39,763 nt of DNA from a virus (lineage: Duplodnaviria > Caudoviricetes), in the IMG/VR virus record IMGVR_UViG_3300044452_000332, positions 1 to 39,763 of that record. One strand, written 5' to 3'. The notes beneath the pieces were generated by a model. That model worked only from the letters and a program-made list of their open reading frames with translations. It did no database searches and was not told the origin of the DNA. A program made the position numbers and the translations under genes. This document shows, piece by piece, positions 9,310 to 18,535 of this stretch (positions are counted from its first letter, which is position 1; each line of letters begins with the position of its first letter).

Positions 9310-9569
9310 GCGGGCCTCGCGTGATGTTGTGCGGTGTAGATCGGCCGAAGCGCGTCGACCGTGTTGCGCGCCGGCGCCTGTTCGATCTCAGCGGTCAGCC
9401 GCTCGATCTCCGCGTGGGCCTCGCTCGGATTGGTGCGCAGGCGCATCGAAACGGAACGCTCGCGCGCGCTCGGGTCACCGGCAGCGATCAGCCGCATCTC
9501 TGCGCGCAGGGCGTAGAGCGCGGAGAGAGAACGATCCAGCGCCCAGGCGGCGTGCTCATCCGGCGTCAT
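9306..9569 (-). CDS. Hypothetical protein in tail operon
   Basis: 87 aa, ATGA overlaps at both ends. Confidence 0.65.
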   Translation of the reverse strand: MTPDEHAAWALDRSLSALYALRAEMRLIAAGDPSARERSVSMRLRTNPSEAHAEIERLTAEIEQAPARNTVDALRPIYTAQHHARPA

Positions 9570-9937
9570 GCGACAGTCCTCAAATTTATGCGGAGTTCGT
9601 AGGGGTCCACCGCCAGCGGATCCGCCTGCTCGATGACCGGCCGGGCCTCCAGTGCCGGGCGGCGGAACTGGACGGTGTAGTCAGTGCCGCGCAGGCTGAG
9701 CGTGTGCGTCACGCCGGCGTCGGCCGCCAGCGCACGAAGGGCGATCACCACGCTGCGCTCCGCCCACTGTCCCGCCGCGCCGAGGGTGACGTCGCGCCCG
9801 GCGATCAGCGCCGTCTCCTCGCTGATCAGCACCCCGCCCAGGGTGCGGCTGCTGGCCTGGGCGACCGGCTCAAAGTCGAACTCGTCCACCCACACCAGAT
9901 CGGCCGGGAGGGTGATGCCGCCGAGGGTGACGCTCAT
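9566..9937 (-). CDS. Distal-tail-like protein
   Basis: 123 aa directly after tape measure; LPADLVWVDEFD..VAQ..RTLGG..GRDVTL motif. Confidence 0.7.
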   Translation of the reverse strand: MSVTLGGITLPADLVWVDEFDFEPVAQASSRTLGGVLISEETALIAGRDVTLGAAGQWAERSVVIALRALAADAGVTHTLSLRGTDYTVQFRRPALEARPVIEQADPLAVDPYELRINLRTVA

Positions 9938-12900
9938 GCGCCCGCTCCCGAGAGGGCCTGCTCGCGCAGCAGCTGCTCAATGAAGCTCTGCAGCGTCGCC
10001 GCGCTGCTGCTGTCGGTGGTGGTGATGGCGCCGCCGCCGAAGCGCCCGACGCGCGGCAGCTCGATGCGGATGGTCTGTACGTTGCGGGCGGCCTGGTTGG
10101 CGGCGGCGGTGGCGGGATCAGGGCCGCTGGGGCCGATGCCGAGCTGGGTGCGCAACGCATCCCGCGCGCGCGCCGCCGCGCCGCCGCCTTGGTTCAGGGA
10201 CAACACCAGCTGATCCAGCTCGGCGTTGTTGCGCGCGATCTGGTTCGCGGTGCGGAAGGCCTCACCTGGCCCCGCCGTGCTCACACCGCGCGTCCTGGCG
10301 TTAGAGCCGGCGATCAGATCCGCATTGCGCCGCGCCTCCAGCTCCGCGATCAGCTGCTGGTCAGCTGCCGAGAGGGTGCCAAAGCCGCGCCGGTTGGCCG
10401 CATTGCCGCCGGCGGCGCCGGTGTTGCGGTCGGGGATGTCGCGGGCATCAAGACCGTCGCGCCGAATCTCTGCGTCGCGGATCTCGCGCTGGAGATCTCT
10501 TTCTTCACGCAGCTTAGTTAATAGTTGCTCGCGTGCGTCGGCCTCATCCTTGATCTTATTGATGCGGTCTTGCTGCGCGGCGTTGAAAGCTGCAGCGGAT
10601 TTGATCTGCTCCTGAATCCGATTGTTGTATGCGTCGGCGAGATCGTTGAGCGTGCGTACTTCGTTGGCAGCCTCTTTGGCGGGGGTCTTTAGTTCGGTCA
10701 GTCTCTGAACAAGAGCAGCAAGACGAACTTCGCTTTCCTTGACCGCTCCGGGAAAACCCTTACCAAAGGTCTCCTTAAGTTCCTCAAGCTCCTGTGGAGT
10801 TTTAAGCCGCGCGAACAGGGCGTCGAATGCAGCTATCTTGAGACGCGGGTCAGAATCCGAATCGTTAACCAGTACTCGGAAAGACTCCAGCAGTTTGCCG
10901 TTCTCGGTGCTTATACCGGTCAATACGGCTGCCGCATCAATGCCTAGTGTCTTAAGTGCCTCCCGTACCTGACCGCTTGCAGCAACGGTCTTAACGCCAA
11001 CCTTCTCTGCCTCGACAGCGAGTTGCCTTTGTGAGGTGGCAAGAGCCTGAACCTGGGGAGAGGCCTCGGCAGCTGAGCTGCCGGAGAGAGCAGCGGCACG
11101 AGCGGCGTCGAGCTGAGCATCTGCTGCCGCTTGCGCCTCCTCTGATAGTCCTCCGACAGCAGCCGCATTCGCTGCCACCTGTGGCGTTGCGCCCTCAGCC
11201 CCGCGGCCGAGCTCGGCAAAGCCTTCACCGGCCCGGATAAGGCCATCGCGCGCGCTATCGCCTGCCCTGCCGATGTCCTCCAGGTCGGTGCTGATACCGT
11301 CACGGATCTCCTGCGCGGTCGCGCGCAGGTTCTCCCCGTCCGCCTGCAGCCGCGCTGACACGTCGCCGAACGTGACCTTGGCCAGCGCGAGCGAGATGCC
11401 TGCCGCCATGTCGGTGATCGAGGCGAGTAGGCCACGGGCCGCGATCTGCACGGTGTTGAAAAGCACCTGAACGCCGCCGGCAAATACCTGCACTGATCCG
11501 GCAATGGCGGAGAGCACGGGCGCAATGCGCGCACTCGCTGCCTCAACCTCCTCGCCCATCTTCCGGCCTGACTCGCCGGTTGCCGCAAACTCTCCGGCGA
11601 TTTTCGCCAGCTCCGTCCCGAGCGGGAGCAGCGCGCGGTTGATCAGCTCGCCCGCCGTCAGCGCGATGTCGGCGAACTGCGCGCGCATGCGGGCGGCGGT
11701 GGAGCTGTCGCTGCCGGCGACCTTCTCAAAAGCCACCTCGGTTGCGCCGGTGCTGTCACGGACCTGAGCTAGGTTGGTGTCGAAGCGCTCCAGCTCGTCA
11801 CCCGTCAGCCCTAATACTGCCTGCACCGCCTCCGTGCTGCCGAACAAGCGAGTCAGGGACTCGACGTTGCCATCGGTGGCGCCGATGACGCCCCGCAAGA
11901 ACTCGCCGAGACCCTGTGCTTTCAGGCCGGTGGCAGAGAAATTGAGGCCAAGATCCTCAGCCAGCTGGCTCGCTTCCGACGTCGGCTTCAGCACATTGCT
12001 GATGGCCGCGCGGATTTGCGTGATGGCCTGGCTCGTCTTCACGCCATTGGCCGTGAGCGAGGCGACGGCGGCAGAGACCTCATCAAAGCCGACGCCGACC
12101 TGAGCCGCGATGGGCGCAACCTGTCCAAGGGCGCTGCTGTACTCATCGACGGTGGTCTTGCCCAGCCGCACCGTCGTGAATAACTGGTCGCTGACCTTGG
12201 CCGCGTTATCGGCACTCAGCCCGTAGGCGTTGAGGACGGAGGTGATCCCGTCCGCGGCGGTGGCGACATCTGTGACGCCCCCGACGGCGAGCTTGTTGGC
12301 GGCCGTCAGCAGCTCGGTGGCTTCCGCGGCATCGGTGGTACCGGCGGAGATGATGTTGTAGAACGCCTGCGCCTGCTCGGTGGGCGAATTGCCGAACTCC
12401 TTGGCCAGCTCACGCGAGGCGTCGGTGATGCGCTCGATGCCGCTGGTGTCCTCCAGCAGAGTAGAGACCTCTGCCACCTTGAGCCCAAAGTCGGCGGCGG
12501 CGACGCTGCTGTTCCTGAGAACCGCGCCCAGACCACCGACCCCGAGCGCCGCTCCCACACCGAGCAGCGCCGACTTGAAACGCCCGAAGCCTCCCGAGGT
12601 TTTGTCGACCTGCTGTTCGGTTTCGGCCAGCTGTCCTTTGGTCTCGCGCAGCTCCTGCTCGGTGCGATCCAGCTCGGTGGCGTATCCCTTCAGGCCCTGC
12701 TGCGCCTCCGCTGTGCGCGTGCGGATCTGCACCTGCGCGCTGGCCAGCTCCTTCGTGTTGACGCCGGTCGCCGTGAGGGCGCCGCGGGTCTCATTCAGCG
12801 CGGCGTTCTGCGCGATCAGCCGCTCGCGCAGCTGTGTGACCTCGCCGCGGGCCGCCGCAAACTCACGCTTGAGCTTGGCGGTGGGCGCCTCGGTCTGCGC

Positions 12901-13164
12901 GAACTCGCGCCCCAGCTGCTGGGCACGCTGCTGCGCCTGCTCAAGCGCCTGCCGGGTGCTGCCGGTCTCGGTCTTGAGCTGCTGAAACTGGGTGATCAGC
13001 CGCTGCTGGGTGGCGAGCTGGTCGAGCTCGTCCTTGAGCTTGCGGGCCTTGGCTTCGGTGTCGCTGGCATCACCACCCAGATCCTTGATGCGCTTTGCCG
13101 CGTCGGTGACCTGGTTCAGGCCCTCCGTCGCGGCGCGTATCAGGATGCGGATGTCTTCTGCCAT
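9934..13164 (-). CDS. Tail tape measure protein (TP901-family core)
   Basis: 1076 aa Ala/Gln-rich; core QAQAFYNIISAG...LNAYGL...VSDQLFTTVRLGKTT...APIAAQVGV. Confidence 0.95.
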   Translation of the reverse strand: MAEDIRILIRAATEGLNQVTDAAKRIKDLGGDASDTEAKARKLKDELDQLATQQRLITQFQQLKTETGSTRQALEQAQQRAQQLGREFAQTEAPTAKLKREFAAARGEVTQLRERLIAQNAALNETRGALTATGVNTKELASAQVQIRTRTAEAQQGLKGYATELDRTEQELRETKGQLAETEQQVDKTSGGFGRFKSALLGVGAALGVGGLGAVLRNSSVAAADFGLKVAEVSTLLEDTSGIERITDASRELAKEFGNSPTEQAQAFYNIISAGTTDAAEATELLTAANKLAVGGVTDVATAADGITSVLNAYGLSADNAAKVSDQLFTTVRLGKTTVDEYSSALGQVAPIAAQVGVGFDEVSAAVASLTANGVKTSQAITQIRAAISNVLKPTSEASQLAEDLGLNFSATGLKAQGLGEFLRGVIGATDGNVESLTRLFGSTEAVQAVLGLTGDELERFDTNLAQVRDSTGATEVAFEKVAGSDSSTAARMRAQFADIALTAGELINRALLPLGTELAKIAGEFAATGESGRKMGEEVEAASARIAPVLSAIAGSVQVFAGGVQVLFNTVQIAARGLLASITDMAAGISLALAKVTFGDVSARLQADGENLRATAQEIRDGISTDLEDIGRAGDSARDGLIRAGEGFAELGRGAEGATPQVAANAAAVGGLSEEAQAAADAQLDAARAAALSGSSAAEASPQVQALATSQRQLAVEAEKVGVKTVAASGQVREALKTLGIDAAAVLTGISTENGKLLESFRVLVNDSDSDPRLKIAAFDALFARLKTPQELEELKETFGKGFPGAVKESEVRLAALVQRLTELKTPAKEAANEVRTLNDLADAYNNRIQEQIKSAAAFNAAQQDRINKIKDEADAREQLLTKLREERDLQREIRDAEIRRDGLDARDIPDRNTGAAGGNAANRRGFGTLSAADQQLIAELEARRNADLIAGSNARTRGVSTAGPGEAFRTANQIARNNAELDQLVLSLNQGGGAAARARDALRTQLGIGPSGPDPATAAANQAARNVQTIRIELPRVGRFGGGAITTTDSSSAATLQSFIEQLLREQALSGAGA

Positions 13165-13177
13165 CGCTCGCTCCGGC

Positions 13178-13519
13178 TTACGCCTTCACCATCGCGCGCA
13201 GTCCAACGGCCAGCTTCTCCAGCCGCGATGTGATCTCGGTGTCCAGGTAGCCGCTGAGGGACTCCAGGCGATCAGGCAGCTCGGCCTCGATCCGCGCGAG
13301 CAGCTGGTGCACGGGCAGGTGCGGCGCCTGCGCACCGAGCAGGGCGATCAGCAGCTGCTCCACGTCCGAGGCCAGCGCGGGGTCACTGAGCAGGGCGATG
13401 ATCTTCGCGGGTTCCTGCGCCAGCGCCTTGAGCGCCTCGGCGTCCTGGAAACGATCGACGATGCGCACCAGCGCGAGCGCCTGCGAAAGGGTGAGCACCA
13501 CGGGGGGCGATGGGTTCAT
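13178..13519 (-). CDS. Putative tail assembly chaperone
   Basis: 113 aa helical protein immediately before tape measure; call is positional. Confidence 0.45.
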   Translation of the reverse strand: MNPSPPVVLTLSQALALVRIVDRFQDAEALKALAQEPAKIIALLSDPALASDVEQLLIALLGAQAPHLPVHQLLARIEAELPDRLESLSGYLDTEITSRLEKLAVGLRAMVKA

Positions 13520-13526
13520 GGGGTCC

Positions 13527-14159
13527 TCAGCGGTTGGTGAGCTGCGTGCGCCCTCGCCGGAAGCGGCGGAAGGCCTCGCGTACCTCGATGCCGGCGAGCT
13601 CGGTCACCGTGGCGCGGATGGCAGGCAGCAGGGCTTCCCGCACGAACTTGCGCGGGAAGGTGAAGAAGCGGATGCGCGTGAGCTTTTCCCGGGCCGTGCC
13701 GGTGCGGCGGCGAATGTCATCCCCGCCCTGCAGCGCGCCTGGTGTGCGCTGGCGCAAGGGGAAGGCGCCGGTCACTCGCTTGGGCGTACCGCCGCGTAGC
13801 CGCGCCAGGCGAACCTCGGGCAGTTCGCGGTTGGCGTAGCGGCGGCCGAGCTTGTCGGGGCCGGAGAACCGCACCATGCGGATCTCGGGCTTGAATGCCT
13901 CAATACCGATGGCGCGCACCTTGAGCGTGAGGCTGGCGCGCGCGCTGCCGTCGCCGGGGCCGCCCAGCGTGACGAACTCGCGCACCGTGTCAGCGTCCAG
14001 GTTGTAGCGCTCGGTGGTCAGCTCCACCACGCGGTCGGCGGCGCGCTGTACCAGGACCTTGATGCTGGTCTCAGCGGCCTGGCGGATAGCCTCGGGCTGC
14101 GCTGCCAGCAGCTGAGCAACGTCCTCCACGCCAGTGGTGCGGGTGACGAGCGCCATCAA
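13527..14159 (-). CDS. Minor tail / tail completion protein (lambda gpZ-like)
   Basis: Basic 210 aa; ..TERYNLDADTVRE.. and GAF..RRTG..R pattern. Confidence 0.55.
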   Translation of the reverse strand: MMALVTRTTGVEDVAQLLAAQPEAIRQAAETSIKVLVQRAADRVVELTTERYNLDADTVREFVTLGGPGDGSARASLTLKVRAIGIEAFKPEIRMVRFSGPDKLGRRYANRELPEVRLARLRGGTPKRVTGAFPLRQRTPGALQGGDDIRRRTGTAREKLTRIRFFTFPRKFVREALLPAIRATVTELAGIEVREAFRRFRRGRTQLTNR

Positions 14160-14482
14160 CGCCGCCCCTTGCGTGAGCGGCGCGGGCCGACTTCGATACT
14201 TGCCGAGAGCGCTGGCTCTGGCTCGGGGTCGGGGTCCTCTCCCCCACCGTCGTCATCGCCGCTGGCGGAGTCCGCCCCGGGGCTCTCGACTTTCGCCGGC
14301 GAAACTTCCAGCGGTTCATCCGCCACGGGCGCAGAGGGCGGCCGCTGCACCCGGTTGCCCAGCTGCCGCAGCTGCACTTCGTGGAGATGGATGATCTCGC
14401 CGGGCGAGCAGCGGCGGCCTTGGTGCCAGTGGTTATCCACCAGCACTTTGACCGCCACCCGCTCGCCGGCGCGCATCACCAC
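14156..14482 (-). CDS. Hypothetical virion-associated protein
   Basis: HWHQGRRCSPGEIIHL motif plus acidic low-complexity tail. Confidence 0.55.
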   Translation of the reverse strand: MVMRAGERVAVKVLVDNHWHQGRRCSPGEIIHLHEVQLRQLGNRVQRPPSAPVADEPLEVSPAKVESPGADSASGDDDGGGEDPDPEPEPALSASIEVGPRRSRKGRR

Positions 14483-14485
14483 GGC

Positions 14486-15241
14486 TTAGCCTGCGAGCAG
14501 ATCGAGGTAGTACGCCGCGGTCTCGCCAGGGGCGAGGTTGAGCCGGCCGCTGGCCTGGAACTCGCCGAAGTCGCCGCCCGCGTTGAGCAGGCTTACAGCG
14601 CCGTTCGGTGCCAGGGTGGCGCGCGGCGCCGTGAAGTGCACGGACTGTCCGGTGACAAGGTTCTTCCCGTCGAGGAAGATCTCGCCGACGACGCTCGGCA
14701 GCATGCCGCCGCGAGTGCGTTCCTTGCTGACCGCTGCGGCGGTGTAGCTGACGCGGAGGATCTGGCCCTCGGTGATCGCGCCGCCTTCCAACACGCGAAT
14801 CATGCCGAGGCGGAGGTTCACTTCGTAGTCGGTGCCGAGGACGTAGGTCACCGGCGACGTGTCGGTGTCCTCCGTGACGACCACTGCGCTCACCTGCTCG
14901 TTGTCCAGCTTCACAAACGCGCCGATGCGAGCGGTGATCAGTTCATTGGTGATGCTGCCGCCGGCCTGCGTCACGTCCACCGTGTCACCCAGCAGTGCGA
15001 TGGCCAGAACGTGGCGGTTGAACTCGTCCACCGTCAGCTCCAGCTGCGCGGGTTGCTTGATGAAAACGGTGTCCAGCGCGTTGCCGAAGCTGTCGCGCAT
15101 GCGGGAGGTCCGCTCTTTGACCTCGGTCGGTTCATTGACCGAAAGGTTGGTGGCGTTGCCGATGAGGATGCGGCCGGTGCTCTGGCCGGTGGTGCTGAAG
15201 CGGTCGAAGTAGAGATCGCCGCCGAGGATGAGACCTGCCAT
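14486..15241 (-). CDS. Major tail tube protein
   Basis: 251 aa, AGGAG RBS, GDLYFDRF..IGNAT.L..EVKERTSR motif; position. Confidence 0.8.
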   Translation of the reverse strand: MAGLILGGDLYFDRFSTTGQSTGRILIGNATNLSVNEPTEVKERTSRMRDSFGNALDTVFIKQPAQLELTVDEFNRHVLAIALLGDTVDVTQAGGSITNELITARIGAFVKLDNEQVSAVVVTEDTDTSPVTYVLGTDYEVNLRLGMIRVLEGGAITEGQILRVSYTAAAVSKERTRGGMLPSVVGEIFLDGKNLVTGQSVHFTAPRATLAPNGAVSLLNAGGDFGEFQASGRLNLAPGETAAYYLDLLAG

Positions 15242-15244
15242 GGG

Positions 15245-15700
15245 TTAGCTCCTGGTGTGTTGCTCGGTGTAGGACACGCGCAGGTCCAGGCTCGCCTCAA
15301 CGTACTGGCTGCCCTCCGTGCGTGGGGGAATGCGTCTGCCGCCCAGCTCCACGCTGGTGACGCCAGCGAGCCAGTGGGTGGCGTTAATCGTGGCCACGGC
15401 CTGGCGGATGTCGGCCAGCACCGCGCGGGCGGTCTCACGCGGGGCGCTGTTCGGGTCAAACGGGACCAGCACATCGGCCCGGATGCTCAGCGTTGCGGAG
15501 CGCTTCTTGAGGCCCTGCGAAGCGAGCGACTCGTCCACGTCCACCAGCTCAATGGCGATGGCGTCGGGCGGGATCTCGTTCTCAGATTCCTCGGCGAACA
15601 CGTGCGCTCCTGCATCCGTGCGGTAACCATTCGCGATGCTGATGGTGGCGAGCAGCGCCACCAGGGCAGTGATCACCTGCGTGTCGATGGGAGTGCTCAC
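15245..15700 (-). CDS. Tail terminator protein
   Basis: LATISIANGYRTDAG motif; gene before the tube gene. Confidence 0.7.
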   Translation of the reverse strand: MSTPIDTQVITALVALLATISIANGYRTDAGAHVFAEESENEIPPDAIAIELVDVDESLASQGLKKRSATLSIRADVLVPFDPNSAPRETARAVLADIRQAVATINATHWLAGVTSVELGGRRIPPRTEGSQYVEASLDLRVSYTEQHTRS

Positions 15701-16011
15701 GCGCTCGCCTCCGGCCGCAGGTAGACCCGCACCTCATAGCGATCACCGCCATCGATCACGCGATCCAGCGTCCAGCTGCGATCACCCACGGTGAGCAGGC
15801 CCTTCGGCCGATCGCCCACCACGCGGCGATCCAGCGTGACGCTCGGCCGCGGGTCGATCACCTCACCCAGCTCGCCGCGCAGGGTGGTCTCCTCGTCCAC
15901 GATGGCCTGCACCGCCACCGGCGTTCCATCCGGTGGGGTGAGGGTCCCGGCCGCGCCGAGCCGTGCGTACACGGTGTCGGCGAGGCGGGCATCGAGGGCG
16001 AGATGGTCCAC
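15697..16011 (-). CDS. Head-tail joining protein (gpFII-like)
   Basis: 104 aa, beta-rich, head closure position. Confidence 0.7.
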   Translation of the reverse strand: MDHLALDARLADTVYARLGAAGTLTPPDGTPVAVQAIVDEETTLRGELGEVIDPRPSVTLDRRVVGDRPKGLLTVGDRSWTLDRVIDGGDRYEVRVYLRPEASA

Positions 16012-16024
16012 GGTCCGGCGTCGA

Positions 16025-16345
16025 TCAGGCGTTGAGCTTGACCGCTACCGAGGTGGCCGCTTCGAGCGCCGGCTCGGCCGCAAACCCTGCTTTGATGTTG
16101 GCGGTCGCCGTGGCGGTGATGTTGCCTGCCACCGGGTCCCAGTAAACATCCTGGCCCTGCGTGAGGGCGCCGGTGGCCTTGGGCAGGGTAACCACGCCCT
16201 CGGTCAGGACCGCGCCAGTCTCGCCGGTGGCGATCGCGGTCACCGCCACACCGATGCGGTTGGTGAGCACCACCACAGCGCCGCTGGCGATGTCGGCGGC
16301 GGCGGTGTGATTCAGGATCACACCCGTCTGCTGCTTGTTGATCAT
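16025..16345 (-). CDS. DUF2190 family capsid cement/decoration protein
   Basis: ATG 16345 after GGAGAAGGA; IASGAVVV..GVAVTAIATGETGAVLTEGVVTLPK. Confidence 0.85.
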   Translation of the reverse strand: MINKQQTGVILNHTAAADIASGAVVVLTNRIGVAVTAIATGETGAVLTEGVVTLPKATGALTQGQDVYWDPVAGNITATATANIKAGFAAEPALEAATSVAVKLNA

Positions 16346-16363
16346 GTCCTTCTCCAGTGAGAT

Positions 16364-16395
16364 CAAAGAACCGCCGGGACTTTCACCCGATGGGG
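16364..16395 (-). terminator. Possible weak terminator after capsid gene
   Basis: Imperfect hairpin CCATCGGG-TGAAAGT-CCCGGCGG then TTCTTT. Confidence 0.3.
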
Positions 16396-16408
16396 TTGGT
16401 GGTGAGGC

Positions 16409-18535
16409 TTAGCCGTTGCGGAACATGCCGACCCAGTCGATGGCCTTGGCACCGAACACGTGGCGGCACTTGACCATCACGCCGTCCACCTCGAAGCCCT
16501 GCTTGGTCTCGGTGTAGACGCCCTCGAAGCCTTCGAGGTAGCCGTACTCGATGGTGTCCACCTGGTTGGGGCTGGCGGCGCCGTACCACTTGGTGGCGCT
16601 GTCGGCCTGCAGGCGGGGCTCAACGATGAGATCGAGCGCGTTGTAAAACGGGTTCGCGTCCGCTGCTTTGTTGGGCTGGATCGGCAGCGCGGTGTTCTTC
16701 TGCGCGATGGTCTGCAGCGCCGGCGGCACGATCAGGAACTGCGGCTGAACGGTGATGAAGCGACCTTCGATGCCCTTCTGCATCAGCATCTTCTCGCGCA
16801 TCTCGCCCAGGCTGGCATCGCCGATGGCCGCCGCGGTGCCGACGTTGGCGTGGGCGGCATCAAACAGCGGCGCGGCGGCGACGAAGCCTTCGGTACCCTG
16901 GCGGCCACGCGCCTGCATCTGCGGGTTGCTGGTGAGGATGCCGTAGACGATGTCGGATTCCAGATCCGCGGCGCTGCGACCGAACATCTGCGGCAGGCGG
17001 ACGAAGGCGTTGAGGTCATCGTTGACCACCGTCTCCCACGTGATCGCCACCAGGCGACCGTACTTCTGCACCCGGTACTTCTCGGCACCTTCGCCGATGG
17101 TGCCGTAGGTGTACTCGCCACCCTCGACTACCCGCTGCAGGCTGGGCGCGCCGCCAAGCTGGGCGCGCGAGACTTCCTTGAAGTCCGGCAGCGTGGCGCG
17201 GCGGGTCCAGGGCAGGAAGGTGCGCGGGGCCGACTCATACGCCTGGCGCAGGGTCTTGGTGACCACGTTCTCCAGGATGGCAGGGAAGTCGCTGGTGGAG
17301 TGCAGCGCCTTGATGGCGATCTCGGCCGGCACCAGGCCGCGCGTGCTCACGCCATTGGTGCGGAGCACCTCTTCGGCCATCCGCACCAGGTTCATGCCGC
17401 GGAAGTTGCGGGCGGGCTCGGTCATGGCGTGCTGGCTCGGCGCAGCGCGGTGCAGCAACGCCGCGACGGCGCCATCGCGGAAGGTGGTGCGCTCGTCCAT
17501 CGCGCCGGGCTCGACGCGGGGCGAGGCGGCGAGCGGGGCGACGTCCTTGCCCATCTCGGAGAGCAGGCGATCACGGGCGACGTCGACCGTCACGTTTGCG
17601 TCGATCAGGCAGCGGTCGCGCAGATCCTCGAAGCGCTTTGCGTCCGGGCGGCTGCCGACGATCGCGAACAGGTCACGAATCTCGGTCTGCCGCTCGGCCT
17701 CATAGGCCTTGGCCTGCGCCTTGAGATCGGGGAAAGGCTCAGCTGCCGGCGGAGCGGCAGGGGGCACAGCGGTGGCGGGAACGGCAGCGACGGGGTTCGG
17801 CGCGGCCTCGTTGGGCTTGGGCATGTAACGCTCCTTGAGTGAGGCGGCCGCTGCCGCCGGAAGTTGGTACCGCGTGAACATCGCTGCAAAGGCGCCGGAT
17901 GCGGATGCCGGCACAATCAGGTCAGATGGGATGTCTTCGGCATGGCCATCCGCCAGGCCGATGGCAATGGCCTCGTCGGCGTTGAACCAGTGGTCCTCTT
18001 CGCCCATGAGCCAGCTACGGATCAGTTCGCTCTTCTCCTCGCCCATGTGGCGCGAGTAAGCGGCGACCATCGCATCGGCATAGCCGTCAAGAACATCGGC
18101 GTTGCGCCGCATGGTGGTGGCGTTGCCGTAGTGCCCGTTAAGCGGGGCGTGGACCATGAAGCGTGTGCCGTAGCCCACCTTCACTTCGTCCCCAGCCATG
18201 GCGATGAGGGACGCGATTGAGACCGCGACCCCATCAACGACGATGTGGATTTTTGCGCTGTGGCGACGCAGGGCGTTATAGATACTCACGCCATCGGCAA
18301 CGCTGCCGCCGTAGCTGTTGATGTAGCCAAAGATATCGTCGGCTTCTAGCTCAGTAAGAGCGCCGACAAGCTCGCGAGCGCTGACTGATTCTTCCCCCCA
18401 AAAGCTCTCGCCAATGTCGCCGTAAATCAAAATTTGAGCTTGCCGCGTATCCGCTGCGGCGCGAACTGTCCAGAAGTCACCCTTGGCAATTACCTTGCCG
18501 CGCGCGGGTGGGCGCGCCATGGCTTTAGTCGGCAT
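16409..18535 (-). CDS. ClpP-like prohead protease / major capsid protein fusion
   Basis: INSYGGSV..DGVAVSIAS..FMVHAP (ClpP Ser/His) fused to capsid (HSTSDFP, LPDFKE, YGRLVAITWE, FGAKAIDW). Confidence 0.95.
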   Translation of the reverse strand: MPTKAMARPPARGKVIAKGDFWTVRAAADTRQAQILIYGDIGESFWGEESVSARELVGALTELEADDIFGYINSYGGSVADGVSIYNALRRHSAKIHIVVDGVAVSIASLIAMAGDEVKVGYGTRFMVHAPLNGHYGNATTMRRNADVLDGYADAMVAAYSRHMGEEKSELIRSWLMGEEDHWFNADEAIAIGLADGHAEDIPSDLIVPASASGAFAAMFTRYQLPAAAAASLKERYMPKPNEAAPNPVAAVPATAVPPAAPPAAEPFPDLKAQAKAYEAERQTEIRDLFAIVGSRPDAKRFEDLRDRCLIDANVTVDVARDRLLSEMGKDVAPLAASPRVEPGAMDERTTFRDGAVAALLHRAAPSQHAMTEPARNFRGMNLVRMAEEVLRTNGVSTRGLVPAEIAIKALHSTSDFPAILENVVTKTLRQAYESAPRTFLPWTRRATLPDFKEVSRAQLGGAPSLQRVVEGGEYTYGTIGEGAEKYRVQKYGRLVAITWETVVNDDLNAFVRLPQMFGRSAADLESDIVYGILTSNPQMQARGRQGTEGFVAAAPLFDAAHANVGTAAAIGDASLGEMREKMLMQKGIEGRFITVQPQFLIVPPALQTIAQKNTALPIQPNKAADANPFYNALDLIVEPRLQADSATKWYGAASPNQVDTIEYGYLEGFEGVYTETKQGFEVDGVMVKCRHVFGAKAIDWVGMFRNG

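Noticed and set aside
7375-9324. Long + strand ORFs opposite structural genes (also 14381-15724, 16460-17842, 18915-20015, 22261-24153, 28187-29377)
   Set aside because: Antisense shadow ORFs expected in high-GC coding DNA; no motifs or RBS
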